From: Lachnospiraceae bacterium
Lineage (GTDB): Bacteria > Bacillota > Clostridia > Lachnospirales > Lachnospiraceae
Direction of reading: 5' to 3'
NCBI GenBank assembly: GCA_022652545.1
Contig: JALCRM010000003.1
Span: forward strand, 78,885-142,884
DNA length: 64,000 nt
Under the pieces are notes generated by a model. The model was not told where the DNA came from and made no database searches. It saw only the letters and a list, made by a program, of their open reading frames with translations. The translations under genes were made by a program, and so were the position numbers. Shown in pieces: positions 9,257-17,728 of the stretch; positions within the stretch are counted from its first letter, which is position 1; each line of letters begins with the position of its first letter.

Positions 9257-9601
9257 GATTTCCGATGCCCGGGTTGATGCAATCTTCTTTGTTTACGGTG
9301 TCTTCAATGGCCAGTGAGAAGATTGATTTGTCCGCGGCGGCAGTGTTTCGGTTTCCGGACGATCAGCATCGCGTCAAGAAAAGTTTAGTTTACTTCAATG
9401 GCTTTTTTGATCGTTTGGGGCCAATTTCGGGGGTCAGACGATCAAAATCGCCCCGCGATAGGTTAAACGTTCAAAGCCATGCCACTTCTGGCTTTACATA
9501 CTCACTTCATTAAGCAGTTAAGAGATGTTTTGTTTGGGATGACATACGCCCCGCGGGAATGCATACAACTTTATGTAAAGCGGGCACGGCGGAATTCCCG
9601 A

Positions 9602-9630
9602 TTCCATGGAGGAACCCCCGATGCTATAAT
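9602..9630 (+). promoter_or_regulatory. Putative sigma-A promoter for the solute-binding protein/kinase operon
   Basis: TTCCAT-17bp-TATAAT with TG extension. Confidence 0.55.
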
Positions 9631-9670
9631 GTTGCCGGTATATCTTTTCCTGACAGGGAGGCCGTGCAAA

Positions 9671-11518
9671 ATGAAAGAGGAAATGCGCAGATACATCTGT
9701 ACCGTTCTGGCAGCAGTTCTCACAGCCGGCCTGCTCGCGGGATGCGCTTCTTCGTCCGGGTCGCAAAACGGACAGGAAAGCAGCGAACAGACGGTCCGCA
9801 TTTCCATGTACAACGACATTGCCTATTCCGACTGGCGGACCTATGTGGAGCAGCAGTTCCCGGATGTTACGTTTATCTGGGAAAACAACAGGAACAGTAC
9901 GCAGAATCTTATCTATCAGGCCAGACACGATGACCTGGCCGATATCGTCATGATCCGTCGCTTCGAAAACGACAGCGCCGGTGAACTGGCTCCCTATCTT
10001 ATGGATCTCGGCGGGGAAGAACTGGCTTCCACATTTATAGACGACTCGCTTACCCCCTTTACCTTTGACGGAAAAGTCTGCTGGTTCCCGGCTCCGGCCA
10101 TGGTGGAAGCCATCTATGCGAACGCCACCCTGTTTGACCGCTGCGGGATCAAGGTCCCGCAGACACTGGATGAATTCGAAGAAGCCTGCCGGGAATTCCG
10201 GAACCGGGGGATCGAAGGACTGAGCGTTGAGGCCTCGCTGGGCTTCCGTGCGGTCCTGCTGCTGGAAGCATTCAATTATACCGGATGGTTTTCATCGGAA
10301 GAGGGGCAGAAGTGGCTGAACTCCTTCCGGAATGATAACGTGAACGAAATCCCGGAGGAGGGCTGCCGGCAGCTGGCGGAGACGCTCCGGAACCTGAAAG
10401 AGTGCGGCGCGCTCGGCGAAGAAGATATGAAGGTCGATACGGCGGAGGCATACAGCCGGTTCGATTCCGAAAAGGCAGCCATGTTTATCAGCGGCTCAGA
10501 TCTGCAGTTTAATGTCAAAACAGATGGCTCTGTCCGGATCATCCCCTGCCTGGGGAAAACGGAAAGCGACCGGACGCTGTTTGCCTATCCGATCTTCAGC
10601 ACAGCCGTCTCAAAACGCGCGGAGGATGACCCGGCAAGAAAGGCGCTGATCGGGAAGATCCTGAAAGTCATGTACAGCGGCGATGCGCAGCGGATCCTCG
10701 CGGAGAGTGCGGATGCCCTTTTCTCATACAACAAAGACACAGACCTGCCGGTCAGCGATCTGTATAAGCCGGTCAGCGACCTGTTCCGCAGCGGGAAATG
10801 CTTCATGCGCTTCCTGAACCGTAACTCATTTTCAGCTTCGGCCGTTGCAGTGAAGGACATTGTGGCCGACGATACCTCCGACGCGGTCTTCTGCAGTGAC
10901 CTGAACGCAGAACTGGGAAAACCGCTCGACAAAACAGTGATCGGCCACAGCAATGTGGAGGCGGACAACCAGCTCGGCGGTACGTGGCCGCTCGTACGTT
11001 CCGCAGCATCCGTGCTGTCCCGGACCGTGAAGGAAGCCACGGGCGCGGACGTTGTTCTGATAGAAGCGAAAAGCGCAGCGGCGCCCGTTTTCAAGGGCGA
11101 CTATACAGAGTCCGATCTGAACGCAGTGGTCGCGGACGACAAACTGTATGAGGGAACGCTTACCGGTACGCAGCTGGATGAAGTCTTTGACGATGTCATC
11201 CTTGCCACGACCACGTACCGCTACCATATGATCGAGCCGCTTGTGGATTACCCTGCCGTCAGCGGGATGCAGGTACTGCTGTATTCCGACGGGAAGAGCA
11301 GCCGTCTTCAGCAGGACGGAAGAGATATCGACGCTTCCGCTTCCTGTCAGGTCGTGATTTCCGGGACGATCCTCTCGGCGCTGCAGTATCTGCAGGACGG
11401 GAACGCGGACACCTTCGCCCCGATCGATGAAACACTGCAGAGCGCGTTCCGGAAGGGCCTCAAAGCAGGCTCCCTGCCGGAACCGGAGCAGTATTTCAAA
11501 GTGGAGGTGTCAGAATGA
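9671..11518 (+). CDS. Extracellular solute-binding lipoprotein with a C-terminal 5'-nucleotidase-C-like domain
   Basis: Lipobox LLAGC; family-1 SBP-like segments (IYANATLFDRCGIKVPQTLDEF); C-terminal ADVVLI..KGDYTESDL..GTLTGTQL; SD GGGAGG. Confidence 0.75.
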   Translation: MKEEMRRYICTVLAAVLTAGLLAGCASSSGSQNGQESSEQTVRISMYNDIAYSDWRTYVEQQFPDVTFIWENNRNSTQNLIYQARHDDLADIVMIRRFENDSAGELAPYLMDLGGEELASTFIDDSLTPFTFDGKVCWFPAPAMVEAIYANATLFDRCGIKVPQTLDEFEEACREFRNRGIEGLSVEASLGFRAVLLLEAFNYTGWFSSEEGQKWLNSFRNDNVNEIPEEGCRQLAETLRNLKECGALGEEDMKVDTAEAYSRFDSEKAAMFISGSDLQFNVKTDGSVRIIPCLGKTESDRTLFAYPIFSTAVSKRAEDDPARKALIGKILKVMYSGDAQRILAESADALFSYNKDTDLPVSDLYKPVSDLFRSGKCFMRFLNRNSFSASAVAVKDIVADDTSDAVFCSDLNAELGKPLDKTVIGHSNVEADNQLGGTWPLVRSAASVLSRTVKEATGADVVLIEAKSAAAPVFKGDYTESDLNAVVADDKLYEGTLTGTQLDEVFDDVILATTTYRYHMIEPLVDYPAVSGMQVLLYSDGKSSRLQQDGRDIDASASCQVVISGTILSALQYLQDGNADTFAPIDETLQSAFRKGLKAGSLPEPEQYFKVEVSE

Positions 11519-13512
11519 GCCCGAAAAGACAGCTTTCTGCTCCGGTGCGCCGCATGCTCGGTGTTTTCCCTCTCCTGATCGTGATCGTTTCTGCTGCCGC
11601 GGTGCTGATCGCCGGATCGATGTTTTTCAATATCAGGCAGCAGACAGCGCGCATACGGCAGTTTGAAAGCCAGCGGGAGATGGCCAACAACGCGGCCGAT
11701 CAGTTTCAGCGCGGATCGGATGTCTTGACCTATGAATCCAAAATGTTCTGTGAGACAGGAGATCTGTCCCATTTTCAGGCATATATTACGGAACTTACCG
11801 TAACGAGGAACCGGGATACGGCTGTGCAGGCTTTGTTCCGGATGGGACTCACGCAGCGCGAGATCAGCCGGATCCAGGATGCCAAGATCGCTTCCGACGA
11901 TCTTTCCAACCGCGAGCAGCGGGCCATGGAACTGGTCGCCCTGAGCCGCGGGATCACGGAGACGGATTTCCCGGAAGGCGTGACGGCGGATCTTCTGACG
12001 GAGCAGGAGAAAAACCTGCCGGATGAGAAAAAGTATGCGCTGGGCTATCAGTACATCATGAGCGCGGATTATTTTACCGCCAAGAACACCATTGACAACA
12101 GCGTCCGGAAGTTCAGCACGGATCTGATGCAGCGTTATGGGAATGCGACGGTGGAGGTCGCGGATCTCGGAACAGCGACCGCGATGGCATCCTTCGTGAT
12201 CATCGTCGTGCTGGTCGTCCTTTCGGTGGCCATGTCGATCCTGTACGGCCGCTATGAGAAGGAAAATGCTGCCGAGCTGGCGGCGGCCATGCAGGAAGCA
12301 CGCGCCGCAAGTGCGGCAAAAAGTGACTTTCTGTCCCGCATGAGCCACGATATCAGGACACCTCTCAACGGCATCATCGGAATGACTGCCCTGGCAAAGG
12401 ATGAAAAAGACCGCGATACGGTCGACCGGTATCTCGGGAAGATAGACGGATCCGGCCATTTCCTGCTGACGCTGGTGAACGATATCCTGGATATGTCCAA
12501 GATCGAAGCCGGCAAGATGCAGCTGCATCCGGAGGTGTATCCGAAAGCGGAATTTGAGCGTTATCTTGACGATGTCATCAGGCCGCTCTGCGACATGAAA
12601 AAGATCACCTTCCGGTATGAGATCGTCGGATCGGATGAAAACAGCGCCGTTCTGACGGACAAACTGCGGTTCAACCAGATCTTCTTCAATCTGCTTTCCA
12701 ACGCGGTCAAATTCACACCGGAAGGCGGGCATGTCAGTCTGCTGACGGAAAACATGAACGTTGCGGACGGCACACTGACCGGCGACTTCGTGGTGGAGGA
12801 CGACGGCATCGGTATGAGCAGTGAGTTCATGAAGAAGCTTTTCGGGACCTTCGAGCAGGAAAGCGTGTCACAGGGACTGACGCGCACCGGCTCCGGTCTG
12901 GGACTGTCGATCACGAAAAGCCTCGTTGACCTGATGGGCGGTACGATAACAGCGGAAAGTACGAAAGGAAAAGGCAGCAGGTTCAAGGTGCATCTGTCAC
13001 TGCCGGTCGTAGTGCCCGCCGGTGCGGAAGACAAAACAGCGGAAGGCACCGCGCCGCAGGTTGCTTCATGCGATACGGATCTCACCGGCCTGCACATACT
13101 GCTGGCGGAAGATAATGACCTGAATGCCGAGATCTCGGATATACTGCTCCGGAAGAAGGGAGCTGCCGTGGACCGCGCCGTCAACGGGGAGGATGCCCTG
13201 CGGCTGTTTTCCGGATCTGCCGTCGGCGGATACGATGCCATCCTCATGGATGTGCAGATGCCGGTCATGAACGGACTGGAGGCTGCCGCGGCGATCCGGG
13301 CACTGGACCGTGCGGATGCGGCAGCTGTCCCGATCTTTGCCATCACGGCCAATGCCTATCAGGATGACATAGACCGCTGCATGGCTGCGGGCATGACGGA
13401 GCATCTGGCCAAACCGGTCGAACCGGAAACGATGTACAGAGCGGTTGTACGCGGTATAAGGCAGGCACATGCCGGGGCTGCGGGCCGGGCGGACGCGGAG
13501 AGAAAGGAATAA
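11515..13512 (+). CDS. Membrane-bound hybrid sensor histidine kinase/response regulator
   Basis: Two TM helices, H-box SHDIRTPLN, NLLSNAVKFT, DDGIGM, GSGLGL, receiver AEDN..LMDVQMP..KP. Confidence 0.95.
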   Translation: MSPKRQLSAPVRRMLGVFPLLIVIVSAAAVLIAGSMFFNIRQQTARIRQFESQREMANNAADQFQRGSDVLTYESKMFCETGDLSHFQAYITELTVTRNRDTAVQALFRMGLTQREISRIQDAKIASDDLSNREQRAMELVALSRGITETDFPEGVTADLLTEQEKNLPDEKKYALGYQYIMSADYFTAKNTIDNSVRKFSTDLMQRYGNATVEVADLGTATAMASFVIIVVLVVLSVAMSILYGRYEKENAAELAAAMQEARAASAAKSDFLSRMSHDIRTPLNGIIGMTALAKDEKDRDTVDRYLGKIDGSGHFLLTLVNDILDMSKIEAGKMQLHPEVYPKAEFERYLDDVIRPLCDMKKITFRYEIVGSDENSAVLTDKLRFNQIFFNLLSNAVKFTPEGGHVSLLTENMNVADGTLTGDFVVEDDGIGMSSEFMKKLFGTFEQESVSQGLTRTGSGLGLSITKSLVDLMGGTITAESTKGKGSRFKVHLSLPVVVPAGAEDKTAEGTAPQVASCDTDLTGLHILLAEDNDLNAEISDILLRKKGAAVDRAVNGEDALRLFSGSAVGGYDAILMDVQMPVMNGLEAAAAIRALDRADAAAVPIFAITANAYQDDIDRCMAAGMTEHLAKPVEPETMYRAVVRGIRQAHAGAAGRADAERKE

Positions 13513-13513
13513 A

Positions 13514-14302
13514 GTGGACAAAAGAACAGACGCAAAGAACATTGCAGTGATTACCGGTGCATCCAGCGGGCTCGGAAGGGAATTCTGCCGTCAGATCGAC
13601 GCGCTCGGCTATGATGAGATCTGGGCCGTCGCCCGTCGCCGTGACCGGCTGGAGGCGCTGCAGCAGGGGCTGAAAACGGCAGTCCGGGCAGTGCCGCTCG
13701 ATCTTACGGACAAGGCGGCCATCGGCTCATACGCCGCGCTGCTGGAGGCAGAGAAGCCGAATGTCGCGCTGCTGATCAACGCTGCGGGATTCGGAAAAAT
13801 AGGGAGCTACAGGGACATTACGCAGCAGGACTGCGACAACATGATCGAGCTCAACTGCCGTGCGGCTGTCGATATGACCCAGGTCTCGATCCCGTATATG
13901 CGCGCCGGCGGGCACATCATTGAAATATGCTCCACCGCTGCCTTTCAGCCCTTCCAGTATCTCAACATCTATGCGGCGACCAAGGCTTTTCTGCTGCGGT
14001 ACAGCCGGGCGCTGCGGGTCGAGCTTCTGAAGGAAGGCATCATCGTAACGGCGGTCTGCCCGTACTGGGTCGGCGATACGGAATTCATCGGGACGGCTAA
14101 GAAGACCACCGACAGCGCCTATATCCACGGTTACCCGCTGGCGGGAAAAATGCGGAATGTGGTGGGACTGGCTCTGCATGACAGCCGCATGGGGCGCGCT
14201 GTTTCGACGCCCAGTGCGGTCAGCAGCGCACATCGCTTTTTCAGCAAGATCTTTCCCGACAACGTGCTGATGGCGATCTGGGAAGGCATCCGTAGACTGT
14301 AG
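13514..14302 (+). CDS. Short-chain dehydrogenase/reductase (DltE-like)
   Basis: TGASSGLG, NAAGFG, YAATK; GTG start after AAGGA. Confidence 0.92.
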   Translation: MDKRTDAKNIAVITGASSGLGREFCRQIDALGYDEIWAVARRRDRLEALQQGLKTAVRAVPLDLTDKAAIGSYAALLEAEKPNVALLINAAGFGKIGSYRDITQQDCDNMIELNCRAAVDMTQVSIPYMRAGGHIIEICSTAAFQPFQYLNIYAATKAFLLRYSRALRVELLKEGIIVTAVCPYWVGDTEFIGTAKKTTDSAYIHGYPLAGKMRNVVGLALHDSRMGRAVSTPSAVSSAHRFFSKIFPDNVLMAIWEGIRRL

Positions 14303-14303
14303 G

Positions 14304-14353
14304 ACGGCACCGGCTGCCCATTTCGGAGAATCTGACGATTCTCCTCATGGAGG
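14304..14353 (+). repeat. Third (partial, 50-bp) copy of the coaX-leader repeat in inverted orientation; supplies the SD of the downstream gene
   Basis: acggcaccggctgcccatttcggagaatctgacgattctcctcatggagg matches the reverse complement of the 9057-9132 copy at 45/50 positions. Confidence 0.9.
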
Positions 14354-14357
14354 GGAT

Positions 14358-15338
14358 ATGGAAAAACGGGAGAAGACGGTACTGGTCGTGCTGCCAGCAG
14401 AGGACAGGCACCGTGCCCTGCTGGAATCCAGGGGACAGGGCAGCCTGTACGACCTGAATTTCATATACGAGGATGCGTCAGAGGTCTCGGAGGGCGATCT
14501 TTCCAGGGCTGACGTGATCATCGGCAATCTGCCGCCGCGCAGCCTGTCGGCCTGTACGCACCTGGAGTGGATGCAGCTGAACTCCGCGGGGGCGGATGCC
14601 TATGCAGTGCCCGGTGTTTTGCCTGAAAAGGCGGTGCTGACCTGTGCGACGGGTGCCTACGGGACTGCGGTGTCCGAACATATGCTGGCACTCACGTTCG
14701 GCCTGATCCGGCACCTGGGGCCTTACCGTCTGGAACAGGCAAAACATATCTGGAGCCCGGGAAGCAGCATCATCTCCGTGGAGGATTCCGTTGTCCTGGT
14801 ACTGGGGCTCGGCGACATAGGCGGGAGTTATGCGCGCAAAATGCATGCGCTCGGTGCGAAGGTGATCGGCGTCCGGATGCGCGTGCGGGAAAAGCCGGAT
14901 TATCTGGACGAGCAGTATACGGCCGACGAACTCGACAGCGTGCTGGGACGTGCGGACATTGTGGCGATGGTGCTGCCGGGCGGGGCTTCCACCGAGCACA
15001 TCATGGACGGGCGCAGGCTGGGACTCATGAAGGCAGGCAGCTATCTCATCAATGTCGGCCGCGGCAACGCCGTTGATCCGGCAGCGCTGAAAAGAGCGCT
15101 GAGAAGCGGACATCTTGCGGGCGCGGGACTGGACGTTACGGAACCGGAGCCGTTGCCGCCGGACGATGAGCTTTGGGATATGCAGAACGTGATCATTACG
15201 CCCCATGTGGCAGGACAGTTTTATCTGCCGGCCACTTTTGAGAGGATCGTCGCGATAGCGGGCGACAATCTGCATGCCTACGCGAACGGCCGGCCGCTGT
15301 CGCATGTGGTGGACAGAGGTCTGGGATACCAGAGATAA
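14358..15338 (+). CDS. D-2-hydroxyacid dehydrogenase family protein
   Basis: GLGDIG, INVGRG, LDVTEPEPLP, ITPHVAG. Confidence 0.93.
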   Translation: MEKREKTVLVVLPAEDRHRALLESRGQGSLYDLNFIYEDASEVSEGDLSRADVIIGNLPPRSLSACTHLEWMQLNSAGADAYAVPGVLPEKAVLTCATGAYGTAVSEHMLALTFGLIRHLGPYRLEQAKHIWSPGSSIISVEDSVVLVLGLGDIGGSYARKMHALGAKVIGVRMRVREKPDYLDEQYTADELDSVLGRADIVAMVLPGGASTEHIMDGRRLGLMKAGSYLINVGRGNAVDPAALKRALRSGHLAGAGLDVTEPEPLPPDDELWDMQNVIITPHVAGQFYLPATFERIVAIAGDNLHAYANGRPLSHVVDRGLGYQR

Positions 15339-15407
15339 ATGCATCCGTCCTGCAGCGGATCAAAATATAAATTTAGATATTATTCAGAATTTTTAGGAAA
15401 CTTTCAA

Positions 15408-15436
15408 TTGCCGGGTGACACAACTCTATCTATAAT
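15408..15436 (+). promoter_or_regulatory. Sigma-A promoter upstream of ftsH
   Basis: TTGCCG-17bp-TATAAT preceded by an AT-rich tract. Confidence 0.65.
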
Positions 15437-15532
15437 GAATCCTGTGAACCGGGCTACAGGGAGCAGAAAGACGGAAATGACGGCTTCTGCTCCTGTTTTT
15501 CATACCTGATTCCGGGAGGAGTCATAAACAAT

Positions 15533-17665
15533 ATGAATGATAACAATAATCCGAACGGCGGACAGGGCGGAAACGGACAGCCGCCGCGTCAGAATCTCTT
15601 CATTTTCCTGATCGCCGCGCTCGTTACGCTGCTTTGCGTCAGCTTCTTCATGAGCAGTCTCGGCTCCAGCACAAAGAAGGAGATCACGTACAACGAATTC
15701 GTCTCGATGGTCGAAAAAGGCGAAGTAAAGAGCGTTGTGATCGAATCGAGCCAGATCGACATCACGCCGGTCTCCACGCAGACGGCCGACTACAACCCGT
15801 TTGCGGGGGGCGCGGAGACCATCACCTATTACACCGGGAAGGTCGAAGACGACAGCACCCTCACGGCGCGCCTGCTCAAGTACAACGTTGAGGTCAAGGG
15901 GGATATACCGGACAGTTCCAGTATGATCCTGGCTTTCCTGCTGGAATATATCCTGCCGCTGATCCTTTTCTGGGTGCTCATCAGTTTTCTTTTCCGCCGT
16001 GCCGGCAAGAGCGGCGGCGGGATCATGGGCGTGGGAAAGAGCAACGCCAAGGAATACGTGCAGAAGGACACCGGCGTGACGTTTCGCGATGTGGCCGGTG
16101 AGGATGAAGCGAAAGAGTCACTCGTCGAGGTCGTCGATTTCCTTCACAATCCGCAGAAGTATGCGCAGATCGGCGCAAAGCTGCCTAAGGGCGCACTGCT
16201 CGTAGGCCCGCCCGGCACAGGCAAAACACTGCTCGCAAGGGCAGTCGCCGGCGAGGCACACGTCCCGTTCTTCTCGCTGACGGGCTCGGATTTCATCGAG
16301 CTGTACGTCGGCGTCGGTGCTTCGCGTGTGCGCGACCTCTTCAAGGAAGCGGCCAAGAATGCACCCTGTATCATCTTCATCGACGAGATCGACGCCATCG
16401 GCCGCAGCCGTGACTCACAGTACGGCGGCGGCAATGAAGAACGTGAACAGACGCTGAACCAGCTGCTTTCCGAGATGGATGGCTTCGACGCGCAGAAAGG
16501 CATCATTGTGCTCGGCGCCACCAACCGCCCGGAGATCCTCGACAAGGCACTGCTGCGGCCGGGCCGTTTTGACAGGCGGGTCATCGTGGACCGCCCCGAC
16601 CTGAAGGGCCGTGTTGCGATCCTGCGCGTACATGCCAAGGATGTGAAGATGGACCAGACCGTGGACCTCAATGAGATCGCGCTTGCCACATCCGGAGCCG
16701 TAGGCTCCGACCTGGCCAACATGATCAACGAGGCTGCCATCAATGCGGTCAAGAACCACCGTGAATATGTGAACCAGAAGGACCTTTTCGAAGCCGTCGA
16801 GCAGGTGCTGGTCGGCAAGGAGAAGAAGGACCGTGTCATGAACGCGGAGGAGCGCCGCATCGTGTCATACCACGAGGTAGGACACGCGCTGATCACCGCG
16901 GTACAGAAAAATTCGGAACCTGTGCAGAAGATCACCATTGTGCCCCGTACCATGGGTGCACTGGGCTATGTGATGCAGGTGCCCGAAGAGGAAAAATATC
17001 TCAACACGAAGGCTGAACTGCACGATATGATCGTGGGGCTGCTGGGCGGGCGTGCCGCTGAGGAGCTGAAATTCAGCACGGTCACGACAGGTGCCTCCAA
17101 CGATATCGAAAAGGCTACGGGGATAGCCCGGAATATGGTCACGATGTACGGGATGAGCGACAAGTTCGGCCTGATGGGCCTTGCGACGGTGGAGAGTCAG
17201 TACCTGGAGGGCCGTACACAGCTGAACTGTGCAGACGAGACAGCCGCCTCCGTCGACGAGGAAGTGCGCCGTATCCTGGAGGACTGCTACAGGGAAGCGA
17301 AGGAGATCCTTTCGCAGAACCTGGACGTAATGGACAAGCTGGCAGCCTACCTGATCCAGCGGGAGACGATCACAGGCAGCGAGTTCATGCGTATTTACCG
17401 CGAAGCCAAGGGACTTCCGCCGGAACCGGAGAAGACCGGGGCCGAGAAGATGGAAGACGATGTGCGCCGCGCCGGGACACCGGTGCCGCCGCAGACGCCG
17501 CCGACGCAGCAGGTGCCGCCGCAGACGCCGCCGACGCAGCAGGTTCCACCGCAGACGCCGCCGACGCAGCAGACACCTCCGCAGACATCTCCGGCTCAGC
17601 AGCCGCAGAATCTGGGACGTTTTTCACACGTTTCATCGGACGACATCAGCGGTAACGGCAATTGA
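15533..17665 (+). CDS. ftsH: ATP-dependent zinc metalloprotease FtsH
   Basis: Two TMs, [28 protein letters not shown]. Confidence 0.97.
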   Translation: MNDNNNPNGGQGGNGQPPRQNLFIFLIAALVTLLCVSFFMSSLGSSTKKEITYNEFVSMVEKGEVKSVVIESSQIDITPVSTQTADYNPFAGGAETITYYTGKVEDDSTLTARLLKYNVEVKGDIPDSSSMILAFLLEYILPLILFWVLISFLFRRAGKSGGGIMGVGKSNAKEYVQKDTGVTFRDVAGEDEAKESLVEVVDFLHNPQKYAQIGAKLPKGALLVGPPGTGKTLLARAVAGEAHVPFFSLTGSDFIELYVGVGASRVRDLFKEAAKNAPCIIFIDEIDAIGRSRDSQYGGGNEEREQTLNQLLSEMDGFDAQKGIIVLGATNRPEILDKALLRPGRFDRRVIVDRPDLKGRVAILRVHAKDVKMDQTVDLNEIALATSGAVGSDLANMINEAAINAVKNHREYVNQKDLFEAVEQVLVGKEKKDRVMNAEERRIVSYHEVGHALITAVQKNSEPVQKITIVPRTMGALGYVMQVPEEEKYLNTKAELHDMIVGLLGGRAAEELKFSTVTTGASNDIEKATGIARNMVTMYGMSDKFGLMGLATVESQYLEGRTQLNCADETAASVDEEVRRILEDCYREAKEILSQNLDVMDKLAAYLIQRETITGSEFMRIYREAKGLPPEPEKTGAEKMEDDVRRAGTPVPPQTPPTQQVPPQTPPTQQVPPQTPPTQQTPPQTSPAQQPQNLGRFSHVSSDDISGNGN
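17483..17602 (+). repeat. Four 30-bp tandem repeats encoding ([10 protein letters not shown])n in the FtsH tail
   Basis: gtgccgccgcagacgccgccgacgcagcag twice exactly, plus two degenerate copies. Confidence 0.92.
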
Positions 17666-17728
17666 CAGCAGTCTGATCACAGCGCAGGGTACCTCAGGCA
17701 TCCTGCGCTTTTCGTTGGGAAAGAAACC

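Noticed and set aside
9265-9513. 82-aa plus-strand ORF in the coaX-SBP intergenic region
   Set aside because: No SD, atypical codon usage, no recognisable motif
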